Shown: piece after piece, positions 10,297 through 20,261 of the stretch
How positions within the stretch are numbered: position 1 is the stretch's first letter
Layout: every line of letters begins with the position of its first letter
NCBI GenBank assembly: GCA_965237525.1
Contig: CBDEFO010000008.1
Span: 1,920,001-1,984,000 of the forward strand
DNA length: 64,000 bases
Source of the DNA: Candidatus Latescibacterota bacterium
GTDB taxonomy: Bacteria; Latescibacterota; CBDEFO01
Reading direction: 5' to 3'
Made by a program: the position numbers and the translations under genes
The notes under the pieces: generated by a model
What the model was told of the DNA's origin: nothing
Seen by the model: the letters and a program-made list of their open reading frames with translations, nothing else
The model's database searches: none

Positions 10297-10647
10297 CTAC
10301 AAGATGCCTCCTACAATAAGGAGCCTGAGTTTTTCTTCCAGGTCGGTATTGTAAACTCTGTGTTCTACGCCTTCTTCATTGTACAGGGCGTCTCCCCCTT
10401 CAAATTCGTGCTTTTGACCTCCCGACTCTATGGTTCCCCGCCCCTGAAGGACATAGTATATCTCTTCACAGTTATGCCTGTGCAGTGGGGAATGCTCCCC
10501 GGGGTCTATCTCCACTATTCCTGCGATCAGCGTCTTGGTATCAACTCCCGTTTCGGGATAGATGAGTTTCCAGTCTTTCACTCCCTTTCTCGCCTCCATC
10601 GGAGCGCCCGATACAAACTCTGATCTCTTGACCACCACTCTGGACAT
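10297..10647 (-). CDS. Cupin-domain protein (C-terminus possibly truncated)
   Basis: PGEHSPLHRHNCEEIYYVLQG...GVEHRVYN; ATG 10647 follows AGGAGG. Confidence 0.8.
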   Translation of the reverse strand: MSRVVVKRSEFVSGAPMEARKGVKDWKLIYPETGVDTKTLIAGIVEIDPGEHSPLHRHNCEEIYYVLQGRGTIESGGQKHEFEGGDALYNEEGVEHRVYNTDLEEKLRLLIVGGIL

Positions 10648-10745
10648 ATGAATACCTCCTGCAGCAATCGTGCGGGGTGGGACGAGGTGTCCGTGCTTGG
10701 GGACGAGGTGCCCGTGCCTACTGGGCGAACAGCTGGGTGCGCCCA

Positions 10746-10771
10746 AGGGGCGAGCGGACCTCGCCCCTACA
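10746..10771. repeat. GTAG-type REP-like hairpin (related copy at 61729-61779)
   Basis: AGGGGCGAG-cggac-CTCGCCCCT followed by AC (CCCCTAC end); similar GGGGCGAGtggacCTCG..CCCCTAC near 61.76 kb. Confidence 0.55.
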
Positions 10772-11023
10772 TTCTGTCTCCTATAACCGAGATCGCTTCG
10801 AGATGAACCCCCGATTGTTTCTATCGGGGACGTGTGTCTGCCCCTGGGACGACCACTTCGTGGTTTGTTGCCTCCACTCCCCGGCAAAGCTCCCACGGCG
10901 CCTTGCCCCTAAATTCAATCTGCTGCCTTTAAGATGGCCTGAGCAATCTCGGAGGGGATAGGATGTATCCCCTGCCTACCTCTGATTGCATCTCCGATTG
11001 AATCTATGGCGGGCTACTGTGTA

Positions 11024-12202
11024 CTAACCCTGCGGATCGACCCAGCGTCCGTCTGATTTGATGAGCTTGACGAGCTCTTCCACGCCCTTCTCCTGGTCCA
11101 CGCCGGGCTTTATGCACTCTATCCCCCGGTAGAGGGCTATCTGACCACCGGCCTTCCCGACGTAGCCGTAGTCAGCGCCGGCCATCTCGCCCGGGCCGTT
11201 AACGATGCAGCCCATAACCGCAATGTCCAGACCGACGAGGTGATCTGTCGCCGCCCTGACCTTGGCCAGGACCTCCTCCAGGTCAAATTTGGTGCGGCCA
11301 CAGGAGGGGCAGGCGATGAACTCGACCTTCGTGCGACGCAAACCCAGAGCTTGAAGAATGTCGTAGCAGACAGGGATCTCGTTGACCGGGTCTTCCGTAA
11401 GAGAGACACGGATAGTGTCTCCGATGCCCTCCCAGAGGAGTGTGCCGATTCCGGCTGTGGACTTGATCCGGGCGTACTGGCCGTCGCCGGCCTCTGTGAC
11501 GCCCAAATGGAGAGGGTAATCCATCCCTTCCTCGTCCATGCGTTGCACCATGAGCCGGTTGGCCTGGATCATCACGGGCACGCGAGACGCCTTCAGAGAA
11601 ATTACCAGATTCCCGTAATCGTGTCTTTCACAGATCCGTACAAACTCCAGCGCCGACTCGACCATCCCCTCCGGTGTATCGCCGTAGGTGACCATCATGC
11701 GGTCTGAAAGAGAGCCGTGATTTACGCCTATGCGCATGGCTATATCTCGCTCTTTGCACGCCTCTATGACAGGCTTCATCTCCTCCTGGATGGAGCCGAC
11801 GGCCTCCCGGAATTCCTCTTGTGAGTACTCTTCGCCCTCTGTGCGCTTTTGATAGACAAAGAGGCCGGGGTTGACCCGCACCTTGTCCACATGCTTTGCG
11901 GCCTCAAGTGCGATCCGGGAGCCCTGGTGATGAACGTCTGCCACAAGGGGCACCTGGATGCCTATTCGCGTCAGTTCCTCCCTGATTCGACCGAGGCACT
12001 CTGCGTCCCTTAAAGTCGGAGTCGTGACCCGGACGATCTCACAACCGGCTTCGTAAAGGCGGACTATGGATTTTACACAGGCATCTATATTTCGGGTATC
12101 GTCTGTTATCATAGATTGAACGACAATAGGATTATGGCCGCCGATGACGACATCTCCGACCGCCACCTCGCGGGTCCTGCGGCGAGCATAAAGAGTTTCC
12201 AT
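11024..12202 (-). CDS. ispG: 4-hydroxy-3-methylbut-2-en-1-yl diphosphate synthase
   Basis: [51 protein letters not shown]. Confidence 0.97.
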   Translation of the reverse strand: METLYARRRTREVAVGDVVIGGHNPIVVQSMITDDTRNIDACVKSIVRLYEAGCEIVRVTTPTLRDAECLGRIREELTRIGIQVPLVADVHHQGSRIALEAAKHVDKVRVNPGLFVYQKRTEGEEYSQEEFREAVGSIQEEMKPVIEACKERDIAMRIGVNHGSLSDRMMVTYGDTPEGMVESALEFVRICERHDYGNLVISLKASRVPVMIQANRLMVQRMDEEGMDYPLHLGVTEAGDGQYARIKSTAGIGTLLWEGIGDTIRVSLTEDPVNEIPVCYDILQALGLRRTKVEFIACPSCGRTKFDLEEVLAKVRAATDHLVGLDIAVMGCIVNGPGEMAGADYGYVGKAGGQIALYRGIECIKPGVDQEKGVEELVKLIKSDGRWVDPQG

Positions 12203-12218
12203 TGACTCTGCACTCCTT

Positions 12219-12299
12219 CGTATCGAACACCAACGAAATTGCCACCGGCAATTTGGGCGAAGGGGCGCATGCCCCGAAGCCGTTAGTGCTCAGTTATGC
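12219..12299 (-). other. attC-like integron cassette site truncated at the crossover G
   Basis: Minus strand: GCATAAC-t-GAGCACTAACG...CGTTGGTGTTC-gatac-G. Confidence 0.6.
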
Positions 12300-12415
12300 A
12301 CTGGCAGCCCCCTTAACCCTTAACAGCAGATGTCCTCAAAGAGAAACCATAAAACAGACGGTATACTTTTCGAAATAGTAAAAAAGGCTTGTTTCAAGAC
12401 GTATGATCTGCCCTT

Positions 12416-13192
12416 CTATAAAGCTTTGAGAACGTAGTACAAATTCTCCAATTCTCCACTTATGTGAGTATCCATCGACACGAATCTGTAGCGCTCATCA
12501 TATATTGCCGCTAGTTTAAACCTGCCAGACTTATGAACAAGACTTGTGAAATCTTCAAAAAACCAAAGCCGTAGCGTATGGCGCTCCTCTAATCGAATCT
12601 CGTTGTCGTGATCATTGATTTCCATTCTGCAAATCTGGTAACTGATCTTTTTCCGCTTATCTTCTCTTTCAATACGCCAGGCTGTTTTTACGCGAATCCC
12701 ATCCCTTTCCATGCTCCATTCGTCTCCGCCGTAGGATTCCGTATCATAAGCACAGCTAAGGTGAAGGATGTAGATTCCATTACTTTTCAGTGATTCACCT
12801 GTATTGACCAAGTGTGAAAGCATATCCTTATCCGAGAGGAGGTATCCTAAACTATTGATTGAATTGAGAGCCGCATCAAAGGTTGCCTCGAATCTTGCTG
12901 ACTTCATGTCTTCTCTTTGAACGGTTGCCACACTCTGCAATCCTGCTTCAGCGATCTTCTTTTGAGCATAGGCGACCATTCGTGGACTACTATCATATCC
13001 TGTTACATGATATCCATATTTGGGCAGACTCCTGAGAAAACGGCCTGTACCGCATGCAGGCTCCAAGATGTGCTTCACTTCAAAGGGAACATATCTCTTG
13101 AAGAGAGTCCCCAAGAACTCAATCTCTTGAGAGATGTCCCAGAAGAAGGCGATATCGTAAATCTCTGGGAGGCTGTATAATTTTGCCTGCAT
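12416..13192 (-). CDS. Class I SAM-dependent methyltransferase
   Basis: ILEPACGTGR motif I, GYD, EDM, FDAA. Confidence 0.88.
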   Translation of the reverse strand: MQAKLYSLPEIYDIAFFWDISQEIEFLGTLFKRYVPFEVKHILEPACGTGRFLRSLPKYGYHVTGYDSSPRMVAYAQKKIAEAGLQSVATVQREDMKSARFEATFDAALNSINSLGYLLSDKDMLSHLVNTGESLKSNGIYILHLSCAYDTESYGGDEWSMERDGIRVKTAWRIEREDKRKKISYQICRMEINDHDNEIRLEERHTLRLWFFEDFTSLVHKSGRFKLAAIYDERYRFVSMDTHISGELENLYYVLKAL

Positions 13193-13295
13193 CGTCCTTT
13201 TTTTCCTGTGCTCAAGGAAATCACTCAAAAAGAAAATCTTGGTGATCAACAAGCAAATCTTGAGCTTCTCGCATGTCTTTACTGCATGTGCACAA

Positions 13296-13937
13296 CTATT
13301 TGATAGCTGACATCAGTTTCCTTACAGCCTCACCTCTGTGGCTGATCTTGTTCTTTAGACTTCGATCCATCTGCGCCAGCGTTAGTCCCAGCTCGGGTAT
13401 CAAGAATAGTGGATCGTACCCGAATCCACTCGTTCCTTTTCGTTTTTCTATTATTATCCCCTCCAAGGTCCCCTCTGCCGTCGCCGTATCTCCAGAAGGA
13501 TAACAGAGCGCAACCACGCACTTAAACTGAGCTGTCCTTTCCTTTAAGGGCACGTCTTTGATCATTTGCAATAGCTTCGCGTTGTTTTCATCGTCTGTGG
13601 CATCTTCTCCCGCAAAGCGGGAGGACATAACGCCGGGCGCACCGCACAGGGCGTCCACCTCAAGCCCCGAATCGTCAGCCAACGCGGGCATATTCAGATG
13701 CTCAGATAGGGCCTTTGCCTTCTTTATAGCGTTCTCTTTGAAAGTAGCGCCGTCCTCCTCTATCTGGGGGATGCCCGAAAAATCGGCCAGGGAAAGTATA
13801 TCGCACCGGGAGCCCAAAATCTGCGCGATCTCCCCAATCTTTTCTCTATTTTTTGTCGCCAAAACGAGACGGAGCCGCCCTCCCCGATTGCTTCTATCGG
13901 GGATCAATCGTGGGTCGACCTTTTTTCCTTTCTCCAT
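13296..13937 (-). CDS. rdgB: dITP/XTP pyrophosphatase (HAM1 family)
   Basis: LATKNREK, EEDGATFKENA.KKA, ADDSGL, GFGYDPLF, KNKISHRG. Confidence 0.95.
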   Translation of the reverse strand: MEKGKKVDPRLIPDRSNRGGRLRLVLATKNREKIGEIAQILGSRCDILSLADFSGIPQIEEDGATFKENAIKKAKALSEHLNMPALADDSGLEVDALCGAPGVMSSRFAGEDATDDENNAKLLQMIKDVPLKERTAQFKCVVALCYPSGDTATAEGTLEGIIIEKRKGTSGFGYDPLFLIPELGLTLAQMDRSLKNKISHRGEAVRKLMSAIK

Positions 13938-13997
13938 AGAGAATCCAATCAGAAATGGGCGTTTCTGGCGTATTGAGAATGGTTCGCCTTAAATGAC

Positions 13998-14033
13998 AGA
14001 CGGGGGACGTAATCCCCCGTCTTCTTTCCTTTT
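13998..14033. terminator. GC-rich hairpin with pyrimidine tail
   Basis: AGACGGGGGA-cgtaa-TCCCCCGTCT then TCTTTCCTTTT. The tail is on + while the flanking genes are on -. Confidence 0.35.
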
Positions 14034-14061
14034 GCGGTCTATAGAAATTAGGCGCGAAGAT

Positions 14062-14340
14062 TCAAATGTGACGTTCTTCGCTAAAATAGGTCGCTGATGA
14101 ACTTTCATGATGGTCCAGCGTGATCAATCCATCGGTCGCCGGAATTTTAAGGTGAATTATCCAGCCCTCGATCTTCTTGCCTCTGATGTGTACAGTCTTA
14201 CGTTCCTTTTTTAATACCACGGCGTCGTCCCTGAGCGCTGCCATGGTCCTATCATCCTTGTCGTCTATACAGAAATAGGAATGAATCTTCCAGTCTCTTA
14301 TATTCTCATTGGCTTCGGCGTTATCAGACATAGCAGACAC
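14062..14340 (-). CDS. Small hypothetical protein
   Basis: 92-aa ORF with AAGAGG upstream of an internal ATG; no family recognised. Confidence 0.5.
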   Translation of the reverse strand: MSAMSDNAEANENIRDWKIHSYFCIDDKDDRTMAALRDDAVVLKKERKTVHIRGKKIEGWIIHLKIPATDGLITLDHHESSSATYFSEERHI

Positions 14341-14588
14341 CTCTTTTCAGAACTGCGCTGGAGTTTGAATCTCCTGTAAAAACAGCTCATTATCGTTCAA
14401 ACTATCCTTTTAATCGTCATCATCAACCGCGATGGCCTCTCTTTAGGGGCCTGTGCTTTAAGATTTGCCCAAACGAAAGCCCCTTGTGCCGATTACGCAA
14501 GGCGGCTCTCGCCCCAGTCATTCACCGCTGCCCTTACCGGCGCAATTCCATTTAAAGAAAGTCACGTTGTCACCTGCCGCTGTCTATT

Positions 14589-16971
14589 TTATAGGCCGAT
14601 AGAACGTGCGCTCTTGCTGAATCCCAGAAGTAGCTTACTTAACGCAGGATGTTCAAATATCGTAATATTTATTAGAGCAGAAATCGCTGCCTTGGCATCC
14701 AGGATCTCTGACAGGAGTTCTGGGAGTTTTTCTTCTCCTTCCTCCCAGATTTCCTTTATTTCTTCGTAAACTTCCCGTCTTATATCAGCAGAAGAATGTC
14801 CATCTAACTTGGCGCTTAAATAGTTCACAATTCCTTGAAACTCATCTCTATCCAACCAGATACCGTGACAATCTGGGCACCAATCGATAATGATAGTAGA
14901 ATCCCCAAAATTAGTAGATACTAATTTGACTCCCTCGCATTCTGGGCATACACGGTTTGATGGAATTGCATTGGCCTTCTCGATAGCCTCAACTTCGTCA
15001 TCCATCCAGCTTAACGTGCGCCATGAGCCTTTCTGAGCTTTGTCCTTCAGTTTTCGTAGTTCATCCCTATCCAGGAAAATGCCTTTGCAATAGGGGCAGC
15101 CATCTATCTCCATGCCATAGACTGTGTATAGATTAAGAGTAGTTTTACATACTGGACATATTTTTGTAGTCTGTGCTGTGAATTTAGCGTTTTCTATCGG
15201 AGGAACTGTACTGCCCCCCAGAAAAGCGACATCAATTAAGCAACTTGGGGTAGCAGATAAAATTGTTTTCTCCACTCTTCCGGGGTCTTGTATCCCAGAG
15301 ATGAATGAAGCCAGTTCTTGTTGTAATTATCGATCCACTGAGATATGATCTTCTCAGCTTGTTCAAAGGGCTTGAAATTGTGAAGCCACACACACTCCTG
15401 CTTGAGGGTCCTGAAAAAACGTTCTATGACCCCGTTCCAATCGGCCTTTACGCTCGGAATATATTCTTGACGAATGTCCCAATATTCGGTACTTGCCAAA
15501 TAGGCCCGAGCCAAAAAGATGGAACCATTGTCAGAGCGCAAAGTGAGACCCTGGGGGACAGCCTCCTTGGAGGTGTATCGAGAGATCACGGCCCGATCCA
15601 GGGCATCTATGGCCTCCAACGCCCTTCCTCTTTTACTAAGACGATACCCAGGAACCTCCCGGCTTCCGTTGTCCACCACCGCAATAAGAGGACACCAACC
15701 ATCTTTTCCACAGTAAATCTTTGTCAAGTCACTCGACCACAAACTGTCGGGACTATCCACCACAGAACGCTTCTGGGCAACCTGTGGCCCCTTTCTCCCG
15801 GGGTCCCCGATTGATTCTATCGGGGATTCCACAGCTTACACTGCCACCCCTTAAGCTTCATTATCCTATGAACCTTCTTGACGTTGCCACATTCCCCTTC
15901 CTTGAAACGAAGATGCGCCCAAACCCGCCTGTGACCAAATGCCTCTTCTTGGTCCAGTATCCCTCGAATACGAAAGGCAAGCTCCTCATCTATCACAGGC
16001 TCTTTAACAGAAGAACTGACACCTCTATCCCTAAACCTATACAGAGTCGAACGATGAAAACCCAAAGCCAAAGCTACCACCTTGCGGGAATAGCCTCGAC
16101 CCCAAAACCGCCCACTCAAGGAAACCGCTTCGTTTTTTTTAGACGGGCTACCTCTTCGAGTATCTCCAACTGGAGCGTCAACTGCCCTACCTTGCGCTCC
16201 AACCGGCTAACCTCTCGCTCCTTCGGATCCTTGCGACCACGCCGAGACTTCAGACTCTCCTGGCCCCCTTCTAAGAAACTATCACTCCAAAGCATACGCC
16301 TGCGACTGGCTAATTCCATTCTTACGACACACCTCAGATAGATCTGCTCCTCTCAAAAAAGCCAACACAATCTCTCCCTTACGGGTCGCCGTCCAGCGCT
16401 TACCATCTTTCACTTCGGGGCTCGACACCTTGACCTCCTTTCTCAAACCCCAATTTGCAAAATATTTGTCGCCCTGTCAAGGGGAGCGGTATGGAACATC
16501 TACTTCAAAATCAGTTTGGCTGCTCTTTCTTCTTACTCGTTTATACCAATAAGGCAGGTGTACATTGTTGACGAATTCCGAGAATCCTCTACCTGTAACA
16601 GGCATTATGTTTGTCAGTTCTCTATTTGCTAAATCGAGTTCACCGCCATCTAACCAGAAACCGCCGCAGTTTCTGCAGCGATCCAACACTATATCGCTAT
16701 GATCCAGAAAGAACACCTTATCTAAAATGGTCTCCTCACATCTTGGACATTTTACTGTAACTTCGGAGATGCCTTCAGCCCTATCTTTGGCATCTCTGGA
16801 GGAGTATTCAATACTTCCAGTTACATGGAAGGCCATCTTGTCTAACTCACCAGCATCCAGCCAAAGACTCCCACAGGCGTCGCAAATATCGTAAGATATC
16901 TGTTTAAGCTGCACAAACTTAGTCTGTACAAGATTGTTGATCATTTCCTCATTACAATTTAAACACTTCAT
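14589..16971 (-). pseudogene. Four-repeat zf-TFIIB (zinc-ribbon) protein split by an IS
   Basis: Four CxxC...CxxC-G-x-W/F-LD-xx-E units. Removing the IS and one GGAAC duplication gives a 1092-nt ORF reading ...DFEVDVPPIENAK... Confidence 0.88.
15207..16492 (-). mobile_element. Decayed IS3-family element
   Basis: Flanked by GGAAC repeats (15202-15206, 16493-16497); imperfect IRs, one starting TGTACTGCCCCCC. orfA (16116-16428) is frameshifted. orfB is split into an HTH part (15817-16119) and an rve part (WSSDLT, SDNGS, NGVIERFFRTLKQE, HSSLGYKTP). Confidence 0.9.
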
Positions 16972-17364
16972 TGCAATATCTCATCCTCTAAATCTTCAGG
17001 TTTCGTATGTTGTCTTCCACTTTTAATAGAGATCCTTGTATCATACCGTATTGACTGGGTAATGATCTTAACTCTATTTTATCCCTCTGACCTCCGTGTC
17101 TCTAAGGTGAGTAATCCTAACGGTTCAGGGATGCCTCCAAATGTTGAGTCTCTCCAATTTGAAGCTCTTTTTCTGACTTAAATATATGTAATCTGATCCG
17201 TATCCGCAAATATTTTTTGACTATCTATCTGGATTCTTCCTGCATCGCTGTGCCTGGCTTTTTCTATGTTTTTTCATTTTCCCTTTACTTGGATTTGATT
17301 TTTTGTTATTTTTCTATCAATGCCACATTGTCTTCAATTTCACAATATGAAAACGGAGGTTTGC

Positions 17365-17841
17365 ATGTCAGTTGACTATCCGCAGATGAACCACGTCTTC
17401 GATAAGCTCTGCATCAGCGACAGCAATTGGGCTTTTGACCTGAATAATCTGAAACGGGAGGGCGTAGAGGCAGTTATCTGTATAACTCGAGAGTCCCCCG
17501 GAGACGGCGTCGAGGACGCAGCTTATCCCGCAGAGTATCTGCACTATCTCAAGGATTATCTGCATTTTCCTATCGAGGACGCTTATCCCCTTCCCGAATA
17601 TATAATCTCCAAATCCTTAGATTTCATCGGTGAAAACTTGTCCTCAGGCAGGAATGTCCTTGTCCACTGCACCGGAGGTGCCAGCAGGTCAGTCGCGCTT
17701 GCCCTATGCCATCTTTTTAGAATGGGAATGGGATTCGATGAAGCTCAGCAATTCTTGAAGGCAAAAAGGCCTCAGGCTATCTTTAGAGACGAATTGATGT
17801 CCTCCATAAAGGAATATTTCAATATTTCCAATATTTCTTAG
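17365..17841 (+). CDS. Dual-specificity phosphatase family protein, copy 1
   Basis: VLVHCTGGASRS P-loop; GGAGG RBS. Confidence 0.88.
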   Translation: MSVDYPQMNHVFDKLCISDSNWAFDLNNLKREGVEAVICITRESPGDGVEDAAYPAEYLHYLKDYLHFPIEDAYPLPEYIISKSLDFIGENLSSGRNVLVHCTGGASRSVALALCHLFRMGMGFDEAQQFLKAKRPQAIFRDELMSSIKEYFNISNIS

Positions 17842-18079
17842 TATAGTGGGAACGCAGCAGGGTCCCTATTAGGCTTCAGAAAAATCCTTGAATTGTCACA
17901 CCTTGCCCAGAAGCTTTTCTTGACTATCACAGCCATAGTATTTATCAGTATCGTCATGCGCTTGATCTTGACTTGTTATACCTTTTTCAGCTTTCCACTA
18001 CCTGAATTTGATTTTTTTGTTGTCTTTCTATCAAAGTCATATTATCGTTGATTCCGCCAAGAGGAAAACGGAGGCTCAG

Positions 18080-18547
18080 ATGCCAGTTGCCAATCAACCG
18101 ATGAACCACGTGTTCGATAAGCTGTGCATCAGCAACAGCAAGTGGGCTTTTGACCTGGATAATCTGAAACGTGAGGGCATAGAGGCAATTATCTGCATAA
18201 CACGACAATGCCCTGGAGACGGCCTCGAGGACGAATCTTATCCCGCCAGGTATCTCCACTATCTCAGCGACTATCTCCACTTTCCCATCAATGACGGCTT
18301 TCCGCTTCCGGGACACATTATATCCAAATCCTTGGATTTCATGGAAGAGAACTTATCCTCAGGAAGGAAAGTCCTTGTGCACTGCACTGCCGGAGCCAGC
18401 AGGTCAGTCGCCCTTGTCCTTTGCCACCTTTTAACCCTGGGGATGGGATTCGATGAAGCTCAGCGTTTCTTGGAGGAGAAGCGACCTCAGGCCGTCTTTT
18501 TTGACGAATTGATGTCCTCCGTAAGGCAGTATTTCAACATTTCATAG
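18080..18547 (+). CDS. Dual-specificity phosphatase family protein, copy 2
   Basis: VLVHCTAGASRS; close paralogue of copy 1. Confidence 0.88.
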   Translation: MPVANQPMNHVFDKLCISNSKWAFDLDNLKREGIEAIICITRQCPGDGLEDESYPARYLHYLSDYLHFPINDGFPLPGHIISKSLDFMEENLSSGRKVLVHCTAGASRSVALVLCHLLTLGMGFDEAQRFLEEKRPQAVFFDELMSSVRQYFNIS

Positions 18548-18627
18548 TACAGTCAGAACACGGGCAGGCTCCGACAAGGGTTCGGTAGAATTTTTGATTC
18601 GTCCTACCCATTGCCCAGAAGTTTTTC

Positions 18628-18656
18628 TTGACTATCACACTTAATTTATCTATCAT
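18628..18656 (+). promoter_or_regulatory. Sigma-70-like promoter for tRNA-Arg
   Basis: TTGACT-17 nt-TATCAT. Confidence 0.55.
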
Positions 18657-18692
18657 AAATGGCCTGCACCCATCTGTGAGGCGTCATAGCGT

Positions 18693-18766
18693 GCCCCCGT
18701 AGCTCAGGTGGATAGAGCAAAGGATTCCTAATCCTTGTGTCGCGTGTTCGAGTCGCGCCGGGGGTA
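18693..18766 (+). tRNA. tRNA-Arg (anticodon CCT), CCA not encoded
   Basis: GCCCCCG-TAGCTCAG..GGATAGAGC; AAGGA-TTCCTAA-TCCTT; GCGTG-TTCGAGT-CGCGC. Confidence 0.95.
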
Positions 18767-19208
18767 CTCTCACTCTACCAAGAAAAGCCCATAAAATCAT
18801 AGACTTGCGGGCTTAGTGTATTTGTCGTTATTTTCCATTAAGTCGCAACAATCATTCGCAATTGTCACTTTTTGTCCCCAAATTATTAGCAGAAACCGAC
18901 AGGGAGTTTTTCGGTTTCCTCTCCAGAACCCCTAAATCCGGCTTGAGAAACTGGTTCAATTATTCAGAGTCCGGTTTCCTCGCTTCCACCGGCGATGCCC
19001 AACTATCCCTCAACGAGGACTGCGCTATCAACTCATTTTTCGCATAGATCTCTTGTGTACGACGATGCTTTTTCTATTGACAGATCTGGAAGGTTCCGTA
19101 CCTTATGAGCTATAGCATAGCGATCTGTCCGCCGTCTCTATGGGGGATAGAGCACTATATGGGGCAGGCGGCATTCCGGGGTGGTTTCCCCCTGAAAGGA
19201 GATTTCCC

Positions 19209-20261
19209 ATGAGTTCGATCAAAAATTCAGATCCGTACAGGCAGCGTAAGCGCGAGGCTACGGAGACCAAAATCCTGGCCACAGCTCCGATTGACCCGAT
19301 CATCTGCAAGGGGTTGGGCAGGCTTTATCCGGTACTGTTCGCTGAAAATGACCATCGCGAAACCCTGCTTGCCCTGATGCCGGGAACAATTTGCTTGATC
19401 AGTCGAGGCCTGGCTCACATTGACGGTGAAATTATGGATGCCAGCAGCGATCTGCTGGTGATCAGCCGGACGGGTGCCGGCTATGAAAACGTGGACATTG
19501 AGGCTGCTACAAAGCGCGGCATCCCCGTGGTCTATGCGCCGTTGCTCGGTGAAGCGGTGGCGGAGGCCACCTTCGCAATGATCTTAGCACTTACCAAGCG
19601 GTTGTTTTACTGGCACGAATCGTTGATCAGCGGCCAATGGGACCGGAGGATCACCGAGCGTACCGAAGAACTGTACGAAAAAACCATCGGCATTGTCGGT
19701 CTTGGCAGGATCGGCAGAGAGGTCGCCAAGCGAGCCAAAGCCTTCGGCATGCGAATCGTGGCCCATGATCCGTACGTTGGAAAGGAGCAGGCCAGTGAAC
19801 TGCAGGTGGAATTAAAATCTCTTGACGACCTGTTGGAAAGCTCGGACATCGTCACTCTGCACGCTCTGGTCACGCCCGAGACGAGGGCGATGATCAACCG
19901 CTCGAACATAGTCAGGATAAAGCGAGGCGCTTATCTGGTCAACTTCGGGCGAGGCGCTTTGATTGAGAACCTGGACATTCTGTACGAGGCCCTGGAAGAC
20001 GGACGTCTCGCCGGGGTGGGTCTGGACGTGTTCCCGGATGAACCGCCTACCAATCTCGACCATCCGCTCTTTTCACATCCGAATTTCATCGGCTCCCCGC
20101 ATATCCTGGCAGCTACCAGCGCCAACGAGGCACGCTGTGCCCGATCGGTCTGCAAAGACGTGACGGCTGTGCTCGGTGGGCAAAGACCCCGGTGGTGCGT
20201 CAATCCAGAAGTGTTCGACTCGCCACAACTGCGTTCACCAGGAAAAGGCCATGTGGGATAA
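19209..20261 (+). CDS. D-isomer-specific 2-hydroxyacid dehydrogenase (SerA-like)
   Basis: SRTGAGYENVD, GIVGLGRIG, LVNFGRG, GLDVFPDEP, SPHI. Confidence 0.9.
   Translation: MSSIKNSDPYRQRKREATETKILATAPIDPIICKGLGRLYPVLFAENDHRETLLALMPGTICLISRGLAHIDGEIMDASSDLLVISRTGAGYENVDIEAATKRGIPVVYAPLLGEAVAEATFAMILALTKRLFYWHESLISGQWDRRITERTEELYEKTIGIVGLGRIGREVAKRAKAFGMRIVAHDPYVGKEQASELQVELKSLDDLLESSDIVTLHALVTPETRAMINRSNIVRIKRGAYLVNFGRGALIENLDILYEALEDGRLAGVGLDVFPDEPPTNLDHPLFSHPNFIGSPHILAATSANEARCARSVCKDVTAVLGGQRPRWCVNPEVFDSPQLRSPGKGHVG

Noticed and set aside
14341..14410. Selenoprotein read-through into ORF 14062-14340
   Set aside because: An upstream in-frame TGA exists, but the ORF has its own RBS and there is no redox motif or recognisable SECIS.
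14430..14560. Riboswitch or ncRNA
   Set aside because: GC-rich and hairpin-prone, but I could not match a family; an Rfam scan is needed.
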